Origin: Lama guanicoe
Taxonomy: Eukaryota
Direction of reading: 5' to 3'
Assembly (NCBI GenBank): GCA_013239625.1
Contig: MU053652.1
Coordinates: 6,191,902 to 6,255,901, forward strand
DNA: 64,000 bases
A program made the translations under genes and the position numbers. Below are positions 52,881 through 64,000 of the stretch, piece after piece. Under the pieces are notes generated by a model. It was given only the letters and a program-made list of their open reading frames with translations, had not been told where the DNA came from and did no database searches. How positions within the stretch are numbered: position 1 is the first letter of the stretch; each line of letters starts with the position of its first letter.

Positions 52881-53329
52881 GAAGATTTTCAGTAAGAAAA
52901 ATAAATTAGGGAGAGAGAGGGAAATGTGGCAACAAATATTACACTGAAAAAGGAATTGCTGTCAGGGAAAGTTGGAGCTAAATTCTTGAAGGGAATCAGG
53001 GAGAAATTTCATCTTGAATTATACATTTGGCAGATCCAGAAAGGTAAGCCCTGAGTAAAACTTTGTAAATGATAGATGTATCCACTACGTCAGATCCACA
53101 GGAAAACAGAACAGGCATGAGAGGAAGACAAGTTCAAGCGGAACAGAGTCTACAATTTTTGCTTGGAATAGTTTCAGCACTTCTGGGATTCCCTTTTATT
53201 TTTAAGGGGTTTATAAGCATAAGCATATGATGCTGGTTTAGAAATAGTCAGGAAGACACTCTTCTTGCTGAATTTTCCTAAATATTCTCTTCCACTAAAA
53301 TAGACTTAAATATTGTTTCTAAACTGTTA

Positions 53330-53790
53330 TGTCTCAAATTCAAAATCATCCTTCCTATTCATTTTCTGAGTATCAGATTTCAATTAACAGTTATTTGCTA
53401 GACACCCACCATTGGAATTCCCACTGATAACTCAAACTGAGCATGCTTTAAAATAAGAATCATGATCTTTCTGAAATATATCTTTGTTCCTTTCATCTCT
53501 CCTTCACATAAGTCTCTCCAGTCTTCTCAACACCCTGGCTTATAAACTTGACTTCCTTGTCTTCATTGTCTTATAGCCAATCATTAACCAAAATACCTGT
53601 GCAGTGTTCCCTGCTTCCACTTCCCCCTTCCATGTGTACTGCCAGTTCCCTAATTCATACCCTCATCAATGCTCACATTGGCTATTCAATGCACTCTTAT
53701 CCATGTCCGATAATGCTTCACAATCTAGCCTTCTCATTATTAAATTTTTCTTACCATCTGCCTGTAGAGTATCACTCCCTTCCTCTTTAA
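53330..53790 (+). mobile_element. L2 fragment
   Basis: ctcaaactgagcatgc...atcatgatcttt...aatcattaaccaaaatacctgt, pyrimidine-rich L2 sense text. Confidence 0.55.
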
Positions 53791-55234
53791 TCTCCTTGAA
53801 TATCATTATGTAAGGAATTTAACCTCTTAGGATAACTTTAGAGGTATTCAATCTTTTGGTTCCATCCTGATCTTGAAGGTAAATACTTTTCTGGAAGGTT
53901 GGACAGCTGGGGAGTGGAGAAAGGAAACAAGGGATGCCAGGCACTGAAATTGCTTTTTCCCTAAAATAGAAAATGATCTTGTCAATGTGAGCATAAGGTA
54001 AGAAAGCCCAGCTGTCTGTAATTTTTTCTATTGAAAGCATAAAATGATTGAATATGTTTTTCCCCCCCAAAAAACTGATGAGAATCCAAATTATAAAAAT
54101 ACTGGGAGACAGCAAAATTTTAAGATTCTCAGATCTAAAAAATCCCCAGTTTTCTGGTTACAGAGTCATTGATGACAGATTAGCATCCTCATGAGTGACA
54201 TTCTACAAAAGAAACAGAGCTATTATAAAATAATTTTGTATTCTTTGATTAAAATAATAATACTGATAGTAACAATAACAATAGTAATAAGGAACGATCT
54301 AAGTTTGTGGTTTGAGTTCATTATGGTCCCACAAATTCACAGCCCACTCTGAGGAGCTGCACTTACCCTGCATCAGTTTATATACTTACTCCCTGCTTTT
54401 CAAAAGTTCTCTTTAAGCCACTTTGCTTTTATGAAAGACCTACATCAGTACCCATTTTCACTAACTGAAAGAAATTCAAAGAGGATTTTCGCTTTTACGC
54501 GTTTGTTTTGCGGTCATGCTAGAGGCAGCACACACCCGGAGCAGTGAGAGCAGCCCCCGTCAAGCCCCTTCCCCGGGAACTGCACTCAGCGTCCCAGCAT
54601 CAGGCCGCCATAGCTTTGAACTGTGACTCTGAGCATCTGTGCTTTACCCCGATTTATTTTGTGCATCCGTTATCAAGATACGTATCTTAAGTAATTGCTT
54701 CTTCACTTTCTGCCATTTCAGCTTACGGAAGTTTTCACAGGAATACCCTCCTTTCAGAAAGCTAGGGAAACCTGTATTCTTCGTAGTGTATCTTTTAGTC
54801 ACTGTTGCATTCTTCCATGTTTGCTCATGCTGTTGCTTCTGCTTTTAATGTCCACTCCTTACGTTATGATTACATTTCCCTTAAATTTCAAGGTTCCTTT
54901 AAACTGCCGCTTCTGATAAAGCCTTCTTTCTGCAGCACTTTGTCATTGCCTCTATTCCTGCGTTTATTTTCTGACTTCTTTGTGCAGAGGTTAACTGATC
55001 ATGTGTCTGGGAGCTGACCACAGCGTCATTTCTCCATCCTCACAGCTGCTGCTGTCCAGTTGCCTTACTCTGGGCAGGTGATTAATTATATTTGCAATGG
55101 TGGGACTTAATGGGCCAGCAGACAGGGAAACATCTTGCACTGCAATACAGTCCTTCTGGACAGGGCATCTCCCAAAGGTGAGACTGTGAAAATGCATTTC
55201 AGGACATGTGGGCTAGTATTCATGAGGATAGTTT

Positions 55235-57740
55235 TCTTTTTAAACCGTTTAAAAATATACAATTCAGTGACTTTTAGTGTATTCACAATGTTGTGAAATG
55301 CTCACCACTACCTAATTTTAGACACAAAAAGAAACCCTAAAAGTCCCAATTCATCCTCACCTCTGGCAATAAGCTATTTTCTGTTTCTATGGATTTGTCT
55401 ATTCTGCACATTTCATATAAATGGAATCATGCAATAGGTGCTCTTTTGTGTCTGGCTTCATTCACTTAGCGTAATGTTGTCAAGCTTCATCTATGCCGTG
55501 GCATGTATCATGACTTTCTTCACTCCTTTTTATGGCCGAATAGTATTCCATTGTGCAGATAAACCACATTTTTCCAAATCATTCATCAACTGATGGACAT
55601 TTAGATTGTTTTCACTTTTGGGCTATTATGAATAATGCTGCTATAAACATTTATGTACAAGGTTTTTGTGAACATTTTCAATTTTCTTGGGTATATACAT
55701 AGAAGTGGTATTACTGGGTTGTAGGGTAATTCTGTGTTTAACTTACTGAGGAGCTGTCAAACTTTTCCACACTTGCTGTCCAAATTTTACATTCCCACCA
55801 GCAATGTATGAGGGTTCCACATTTTCGACATCCTTACTGACACTACCAACACTTGTAATTTTCTGTTTTTTTTAATAACATCTTTTCATGCGCTTATTAG
55901 ACATTTTATATTTTCTTTGGAGAAATGTCTATTCAAATCCTTTTTCTATTTTAAAATTTGGGTTATTTTGTTTTTTATTCTGGAGCTCTAAGAATTCTCT
56001 ATATATTCAGGCCCTTCTCAGATACATGGTTTGCAAACAGTTTCTCCCATTCTACGAGTTTTTTTTTTTAAATATTCTTAATGGTTTTGGTGTCATATTT
56101 AAGAAACTACTGCCTAATCCAAAATCACAAAAATTTCCGCCTATGTTTCCTTCTGTTTTATAGTTTTAGTTCTTATATTTAGCCTTTGATTCATTTTGAG
56201 TTAATTTTTGCATATGATGCAAATTTATTATTTTGAAGGTGGATATTCAGTTGTCCCAGTGCCATTTGTTGAAAAGACTATTCTTTCTCCATTGAGTGGT
56301 CTTGGCACCCTTGTGTAAAATCAACTGAACATAGATACATGAGTTTATTTCTGTAATCTCAATTCTATTCTATTGATCTATCCATTTGTGTTTATGCCAG
56401 TACCACAAGATTTTAATTACAATAGCTTTGTAGTTCTTGAATCATATACGAGTCTTCCATCTTGCCTCTTTTTCAATATTGTTTAGGCTATTTAGGATCC
56501 CTTGTATTTCTACATACATTTTAGATTAATGTTGAATAGAAGTGGTAAGAGCAGACATTCTTGTTATTCCTGACCTTAGGGGAAATAATAATATTCTGAC
56601 AATTTCTACCTTTTAATTTGAGAGTTTAATCTATTCACACTTAATTACTGAAAAGGAACTTCTGCCAATTTGCTGTTTGTTTTCTATATGCTATAACTTT
56701 TTTTGTTCCTTAATTCCCCCTTTAGTACTTTACATGTGTTAAATAGATATTTTCTCATCTATTAATTAGATACTCTTATTGTTTCTTAACTATTTATTTG
56801 TGAGTTATTTTCTTAATGGTTGCCTGGGAATCATAGTCAATAATAAATTAATGCTCTAATTTGAATTAGTACCAACTTAATTTTAACAGGATACAAAAAC
56901 TCTTTCCTACTATCTTGTGAGTTCAGCTTTATCTTATGTCTTTTCATTTCAGCCTGAAAACTCCCTTCTGCATTTCCTGTAGGGCAAGTCTAATAGCCCT
57001 ACAGTTTTCATCTCTTTCGGTTTTTGCTTTTCTGAAAATGCTCGTTTTGTTCTTTAATTCTGAAGGAAAGTTGCTGAACATAGAATTTATGGTTGACAGT
57101 TTTTTTTCCTTTCAGCACTTTGAATATGTCCTCCTACTACTGTTACGTACTGAATGTTTGTATTCCCCCCAAATTCATTATGTTGAAATCTTCACCCCCA
57201 GTGTGATGCTGTTAAGATGTGAGCCCTTTGGGAGGTGATTAAATCATGAGGATGGAGCCTTCATAAATGGGATTAGTGTCTGGATAACAGAAACCTCAGG
57301 AAGCTGTCTCTCATCTTCCATCATCTGAGGACACAGTAAGAAGATGGCCACCTATGAACCAGAAGTGGAACCTCACCAGACACTGATTATGTTGGCACCT
57401 TGATCATGAACTTTGCAACCTTCAGAACTGTGAGATGTTCTGTTGTTTGTAAGTCTCTGAGGTTATGGTATTTTGTTATAGCAGCCCGGATTGGTTAAGA
57501 CAACAACCTTCCGGCCACCATGGTTTCAAATGAGAAATCGGTTGTTAATCTTGCTAAGGATCTTTGTATATGAGTTGCTTCAATCTTGCTACTTTCAAGA
57601 CTCTCTTTGTCATTGGTTCATCCATCTGATTATGAGGTATGTGAATCTCTTTGAGTTTATTTTACTTAGAATTTGTTGAGCTTCTTAGATGTGTATGTTA
57701 ATGTTTTTCATCAATTTCAAGAAATTTTTTACCATAATAA
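55235..57740 (-). mobile_element. L1MB-like LINE with internal deletions, interrupted by a MaLR LTR
   Basis: tacaattcagtgacttttagtgtattcacaatgttgtg, catttcatataaatggaatcat, ttttacattcccaccagcaatgtatgagggttcc, ccatttgttgaaaagactattctttc. Confidence 0.92.
57141..57502 (+). mobile_element. MaLR solo LTR (MLT1A/B-like)
   Basis: TGttacgtactgaatgtttgtattccccccaaattca...atggtattttgttatagcagcccggattggttaagaCA, with 5-bp flanks actac and acaac. Confidence 0.93.
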
Positions 57741-57799
57741 CTTTAGCCCTTTCCCTTTATCAATATCTGATACAGATTGCCGCTAGCATTCTCACTCAA

Positions 57800-59750
57800 T
57801 CTCTATGTTAAATTGGCAGACCTGATATTTCTTCATTAACCACAGAACAAGATTAAAACAATGATATACTAATCAGATCTTAACAGATGTTTGTCCTCAA
57901 CATTCACATTTAAAGATAATATTTGTAACATGGATTTGTAACATTATTCTTAAAATGTTCAACATCTCAAGTAAATATTTCATTTTTAGATATGAATTAT
58001 CATATGAAAGCATCATGAATAACAATATATATTTTAAAACTAAGCATACAAAATAGGAATAAAAACTTCTACAATAGTTTCAGTGATTTTTAAAAACATT
58101 AATGCTCAGTACAATACTTTATAAACTATAACTGATTGTCAACATAGTGGTAAATATTTAGAAGGCTTTTTTTGAGAATTCTTAGTATTGAAAAAGAACA
58201 ATAAGATATCATTGGAGAAATATTATTTCTTTCACAGTAAAACTTGCTAAAATAATACATGAAAAATAATATGAACTTAAACTAAAATTTGTTCTTTTGT
58301 CAGAACATACCGTTAAAAGATATGTAGAAAATATTGCTGAAGACTTAGAAAAGCAACTAATGGATCAAATTACTTAGTGTGGGAGTTTGCTATACAGTTG
58401 GATGCAAATACATATTTCTAACAAGTCTTAGCTTAGGAAATTTGATAGGTGATGATATATTCAAATTATTTTTTTCCGTGAACCTCTCAAAATAATATGC
58501 ATTGGCTAAAATGTCAATAGTAAATTATTATTTTAATTAAAATACAGCTTAAAGAAAAAACGTGACTGTAACCACAGTAGACTGGTTGCCTTGACTGCAT
58601 TTTTTAACATGAGTAGAAGACAAGGTTGAGGAGATAGCATCTTACATGAAATGCATTTATTGCATTATTTGTAGCCAAGCTATTATAACAAGCAAAATAA
58701 AAGAAGAGTGTACAAAATGCTTTACTATGTCACAATTATTAACTAAAAAAATTAAAATCTTTATACATAGTAAAATCAAATACCATACAATGAGTAGAGG
58801 CATGACCTTGACAATCACATGTATTACTTAGAAATGTGCTGGCTCTTAAAAGTTGAACTTAGGTATGAACTATACATTTTTTATTTTAGAAAAAGAAAAG
58901 TTTTTCCAAATATGTAATTTTTTTATATGGTTTCAGGCAAATATTAAAGAAAAAAAGTGACCTTTCAAAGCACAGTAGTATTTTAAAATTTAATGGGTAG
59001 TTAGTTACTTTATATTTCCAACTCTTTGCTACCTAATAAAACCGAAAAAATGAAAAAACAAGTGAATGGGTAGTTACGGAGTTACTGAGAAATTTGGGCT
59101 CTAGAGTACGAATTTTTGATATGGCTTATGGTGACTATTTCCATTATGTGATTTTGTTACTGAAAAATAAATGTGTGTCATCTATAAAGATATTCAGATT
59201 TTCAAACTGAGAAATAAAATCTTCTAACATATTTAAAAATCTTCTAAGTGAATGTTTCCATGGTTGTTCAACCTACTTGTTAACAATGTTAAAAGGCAGC
59301 ACCTTCTAATTAGCTTAAAAGAAGTACCTGTATTAGGGAAAATAAAATTTTACCAGATCAATTTTAGTAAAAACTTAGTGTTTGTGGATGTAACTGAAAT
59401 ATTAATATGATGTGGTAAGCACAGTTGACAGTAGTTCTTTGGTTTGGATATAGCCTCATTATGATGTGTATTTACCTGCAATAGACATTCAAATCAATTA
59501 TTTATATCAGCTGAACTAAGAATCAAACTTTGAATTTGTGGACACAAAGTATTTTACTAGATTTTCAAAATTAGCAAAGCGTTTTCTATCATAGTGTCTA
59601 TGAGGGAAACATGTATTTAAAATCTTTAAAAATAAAATAAATTTTGAAATATTGTATCTTTCTTTTTATTTTCTATTTTTACATATTTTATAATATATTA
59701 AATATAATAGTATATAATCTATAAACAAATATACTTAAGGTATTTCTTTA
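57800..59750 (+). mobile_element. hAT-Charlie (Buster-like) DNA transposon with decayed transposase
   Basis: Broken frames give IGEILF..VKLAKIIHEK*YELKLKFVLLSEHTVKRYVENIAEDLEKQLMDQI, then FAIQLDANT, then YCIICSQAIITSK and EMCWL. These match Charlie motifs IPLSxNTVxRRI, FALQLDESTD, HCxxHRxALA and EVRWL. Boundaries approximate. Confidence 0.85.
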
Positions 59751-60379
59751 CAATTGTGTAAACCTACACACTAACCATTGATTTAACTTTTGGGTACTAC
59801 TAACATACATCAGCAACTGAAAAACTAGTTTCTCTGCTCTGAATTTAAACTATGTTAAAGCTGTTATGAGGAATATTTTTATCTTTATCTTAAATTATCC
59901 ATTTCCAGGAAAACGTAGGAATATTATTTAATTTTTAACTAGACCATGTTTGTTTTTGACAAAGTTCTAACCTTTATCTGGGTTAGGATATTGAAAGTTT
60001 TCTCCTATCCCCTCAAATTAGTTCACATCTGGTCCCACTTTTTCATTTTAAGCTATCCCGAATTTATTTGTTCCTCAGAAGATGGAGTTGAGTTGTGAAC
60101 TACGCCGGAAATATAGGTAAGCTAGCCTAGAATGTGTTCCATCCATTTTCAACAGAGACTTTTATGTACCGGAGTTAAGAGGACAAAATCCAAGACGTGT
60201 ATTTTGCTAAGGTAATTGAGTTTGAGTGGTAATTTCTTTTTTAAATGTAATTTTATTTGAATTTAAAAAGTCAGGGGCAAAATATTTCATAAATATACTT
60301 TGGAATCAGACTTGAACAGACACCATAGCATCACCTTCAACAAAGGCTACTGTGAACACTTCCCAAATCTATAATAAGA

Positions 60380-60463
60380 TAATGAATGTAGTAATAGTTG
60401 TAGTTGTAGTAGTGTCAGTAATAAAAGTGTTGATGATGGTGATTGTAATAAATAATAATAGTA
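60380..60463. repeat. Low-complexity (TAG/TGA/TAA)n tract
   Basis: gtagtaatagttgtagttgtagtag...gatgatggtgattgtaataaataataatagtag, next to a MIR. Confidence 0.7.
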
Positions 60464-60682
60464 GTTACTTGAGCACAATTTTAAACACCTTACTATAATT
60501 ACTCATTCAGTTCTCACAACAATCCCATAAGGTTGGTACTGCAATTACACTCTTATACAGATGAGGAAACAAAGCTTAGAAATGCAAACAACTGGTCTCC
60601 AGACTCACATCTAGTAACTGGAATAATAAGGTTTCAAGCCAGAACTGTAAGCCAAGCGCATGCTCTTGACCACAGTACTATA
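60464..60682 (-). mobile_element. MIR SINE
   Basis: ttctcacaacaatcccataaggttggtact...tacagatgaggaaacaaagcttaga...gctcttgaccac. Confidence 0.85.
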
Positions 60683-60729
60683 CTCAGTGATGCAGCAACG
60701 GCAGAGCATTTATTACTCAGGATCAGATC

Positions 60730-61007
60730 CAGGCACACCTCAGAGAGATTGTGCGTTCAATAAAGCAAATATCACAATAGAGTGAGTCACAAGAATTTTT
60801 TGGTTTTCTAGAGTATACAAAAGTTATGTTTACCCTAACCTGTAGTCTTTTAGGTGTGCAAGGACATTATGTCTAAAAAAATAATGTACATAACTTTATT
60901 AAAAAGGTCTTTATTGCTAAAAAATGCTAACCATCATCTGACAACGCAGGTTGTCACAAACCTTCAATTTGTAAAAACAGAAGTATTTGTGAAGTGCAAT
61001 AAAACAG
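60730..61007 (-). mobile_element. Tigger1-derived MITE, same family as 9794-10114 in the opposite orientation
   Basis: caggcacacctcagagaga...gtgagtcaca...cattatgtctaaaaa...ctttattgctaaaaaatgctaaccatcatctga...aaaccttcaatttgtaaaaa...gtgaagtgcaataaaac. Confidence 0.88.
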
Positions 61008-62789
61008 CTACATCTCCCAGAATCTTCTAAGGGGCAAGATTCCCCTGGAGAAAATGGAAACTTTCTAATTCACGGAAGTCACCTCCTGAGCCAACAGTAA
61101 ATGCGTAGCTGAAAGAAGACTTCACTTATGTGGGAACAGAGAAGCTCTGAAAGCTATTAAGAAAGCACTGGCCAGCAAAATGGGTTGGGAGTGAACTGAG
61201 GGGAAAAAAAAAAAAACGATGAAAAGTTGTTCTCAGTTTTGTTCAATGTACTTTCAGTGGTTATGATCTGTATTCATTTTTCTTCCTTTGCATAATTTAA
61301 ACTTACTATTTAGTGTAGTACAAAAGTTTAAAATATGAAAGACCATAGTTCTTTCACCCTTTAAATTTTTGTTGAACATCTATAAATACCAGATAGGAAG
61401 CTACAACAATAAATAATACAGAGTTCCTGTACTTGTATCACCTTTGCTGGTACTTCTCTTCCCCTTCCTCAGCCACGATGTTAGGTTGGATCTGACCTCA
61501 ATCTTCCCCACCCTCTGTTCCTGACAGTGACTTCAATTGGATAAAGCCAAATCCTCACACTCCAAACACAGAGAATGGTGCACATACAAACATGCGACCC
61601 GGTTAGAGTAAAATAGATAAAAGAAGATGCTTTCTGGATATTTGATGTCCACGAACTTTCGTTCTTTTCTGGAGGAGCTCCTGGAAGAGATGCTTCTGTT
61701 GGGGATGGAATGTCGCAGCGCTACCGTGAGTAGAGACAGCGTGCTCAGAGTGCCCTGCAGGAAGGTGTTGCTAAATGAATGACAGAGACGCAGAACTGGA
61801 ACTCTCTTCACATTCTAGACTTATTTGTTTGTTTAATCCTCGATAAATTGAACTTAAGCGTATATTGGTATGTGCCAATCTTTGTGGTAGTTGGGGAGAA
61901 AATAAGGCTAGAAAGTAAGGCTTGAGCTAAAAATAAAATGAATAATTTTGAATTTACTAAAAATTCTCCTGTAGGCATTGTGGAGATATCTCTGATTTTT
62001 TTCTCTAAAGAATAAATTTTTTTTATGACAAATGTCAAATTACATACCTCTGCAGTTGCAGATAAAGGAGACCTAAATTTTGGATAGCTAACATCCTGAA
62101 AGTTTTAATATGCAGCACAGTCTCAGTATAATCACAATGAAAGGTGTAATCAATTGAACATTGTCAAAGTTAATTGCAGCCTGAATGGTCCAGGATGCCA
62201 TACCTCACGTCAAACTTAATCTGAATCTTTTTGAAAGGTAAGTTTGGTTTTTAGTTGGCTTGAAGTCTTCCCCAAAGCATGCCTTGCCAGCTGAACTCTT
62301 TTCATTGTGAACAGGAGTAAAGTGACGTGCTTGACACAGCCAGATGAAACACATCACCATTGTAGCTGACAGCCAAGAAATTTAAACTGACAAGCGCCTC
62401 TTAAAAGAGTCAGAGAAAAAGTGGACTTTGAACTAGGAGTGCAAACAACAGGCACCGGTGTGGCCTTGGGCATAACGAGGGGAATTTTCCTTTCTAAAAT
62501 ATCTCCCTTCTCATATGTCTATTTAATGAACTAGGGTTTTTTGTCCTCTTTTATTCACAGTTTCTTAGAGAGCTTTGCATATCCCAACTACCAAAAGCAC
62601 ACGCAGTGAACTAAAAACATGGATAGACTTATGCAACTGCTATTTTGGCTTTACTTTCTATAATTAAAAATGAAGTTGTGAGTGGAACTAATGTGTGTTA
62701 CTTCAAAGTGAAAGCTTTAAAAGTTAGTATATAATGTTCTATCTTTCCTTTTATAACTTCACAATTAAGAACGCTCAGAGATGGAGCTT

Positions 62790-63080
62790 CCCTCTGCCAG
62801 GTTCAGGGAGAATGACAGGGGCGAGGCCCTTGTTGACCCTCAATGGCCATGTGACTCGTTCTGGCCAATGAAACATGAGTAGAAATGGCATGCGTCCCTT
62901 CCAGGCTGAAACTAGATAGCCTCCTCCTACCCTCTCTACTGCTTCTTCAGGAAATGACAATGAAGCCATGTATCCAGTTGTCACTACCATACTGCAGCAA
63001 TTTTATCTCCCAGGCACCACACCCCCAAGCTTGAGGCCTAATCCACAAGAAACTTTATATGAGTAAGAGATAAACCACAC
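62790..63080 (+). mobile_element. Old MaLR LTR fragment (MLT1H/I/J-like)
   Basis: tggccatgtgactcgttctggccaatgaaacatgagtagaaatggcatgcgtcccttccaggctgaa...tgagtaagagataaacc. Confidence 0.75.
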
Positions 63081-63094
63081 AACGAAAAAATTCT

Positions 63095-64000
63095 TTGACT
63101 CACCAGAGTGATATAAAAATTTTAAATTTGTATACACCTAATACAATCAAAATATGCAAAGCTAAGATTGATAAAACATAAAGAGAAGTTGCCAGATTCA
63201 TTATCATAGTCATGCCAAGAATCACTTTAAGAACAACAGCACAAATTAGTGAAGGAAATGAACGTTGAATAGTACAATCAGTAAGCTTAATTTAATGCAC
63301 TTATATAGAGCCTTTCATGAAACAATTAGAGAGCCCACATTTTCCCCAGGAAGCACACATGAACATTAAGCATGTATGTGGTCATAAAGCAAGCCTCAAG
63401 AAATGTCAGGATTACTATCACATACACTCTTGCAGAGCATGGACAATAGAGAAAACATTACTCAATTGTGAGCCGACTTAACCTACAACCTTAAATACAG
63501 GTAAGGACATATATGAAAGGTAAACGAGATACACATTAACTTATCTGTAAGTGCGTTAGCAAAATGTGAGAACAACAAATCTAGGAAATAAAACAAAATC
63601 ATGTTTGATACTCAAACTTGAGGAAGATGTTACAGAAGGAAAGTTACAGATCATCTCTGTCTCCTAATCCTTTTGGTGTTGAGGGCCCTTTGAACATTAA
63701 ATAATTATTGACGATTTCAAAGATCATTTGTTTTAATGGGTTATTCATATTGATATTCACTATATTTGAAAATAAAATGAAAATTTTTGAAATAAAAAAA
63801 ATCATGTATCGTGACTGAGCCAAGTATATTATAGGAATACAAAAGTGGCTTTAAAAAAATTATAAATGACATTCATCATAATAATAGATGAAAGGAAAAT
63901 AATCTGACCTCAAAAGGCATAGAAAAAGTATTTGATAAATTTCAGTACTCATTCATGATTAAAATGCTCAGTAACATAGGAAGAAAAGGAACCTCCTTAA
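63095..64000 (+). mobile_element. Degraded L1 ORF2 fragments (endonuclease and RT), with a probable hAT fragment at about 63660-63800
   Basis: taaatttgtatacacctaata matches the endonuclease NxYAPN region. gaaaaagtatttgataaatttcagtactcattcatgattaaaatgctcagt gives EKVFDKFQYSFMIKMLS, compared with L1 EKAFDKIQHPFMIKTL. Confidence 0.8.

Noticed and set aside
54490..54620. Mild CpG/GC patch with CTCF-like tgctagaggcagca
   Set aside because: The motif is one base short of the CTCF core spacing and CpG density is modest, so it cannot be supported without ChIP data.
12950..64000. Search for a second gene, processed pseudogene, RNA gene, array or prokaryote-type system
   Set aside because: None was found. 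The remaining ORFs are short and unrecognisable or repeat-derived, consistent with a gene desert downstream of GRM8. Conserved non-coding elements or lncRNA exons cannot be excluded without alignments.

Overview
AT-rich mammalian genomic DNA, most likely camelid because it carries a Vic-1-type tRNA-derived SINE at about 27.5-27.7 kb. The only protein-coding gene is the 3' end of GRM8 (metabotropic glutamate receptor 8) on the + strand. Its penultimate exon starts at 6102 and has two alternative 5' splice sites, after 6348 (mGluR8a) and after 6403 (mGluR8b). A ~6 kb last intron follows, then the terminal exon from 12330 with stop at 12377-12379 and a 3' UTR ending near 12.91 kb. The remaining ~51 kb is gene-free and filled with old interspersed repeats: L1, L2, CR1/L3, MIR, MaLR and ERV LTRs, MER5, MER3, Tigger1-derived MITEs and a degenerate hAT-Charlie transposase fossil. 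Repeat families were assigned by recognition, not by database search, and most repeat boundaries are approximate. I found no convincing novel biological system. The items most worth checking are the GRM8 splice and stop architecture, two dispersed local duplications, a small CpG cluster and the Charlie fossil.
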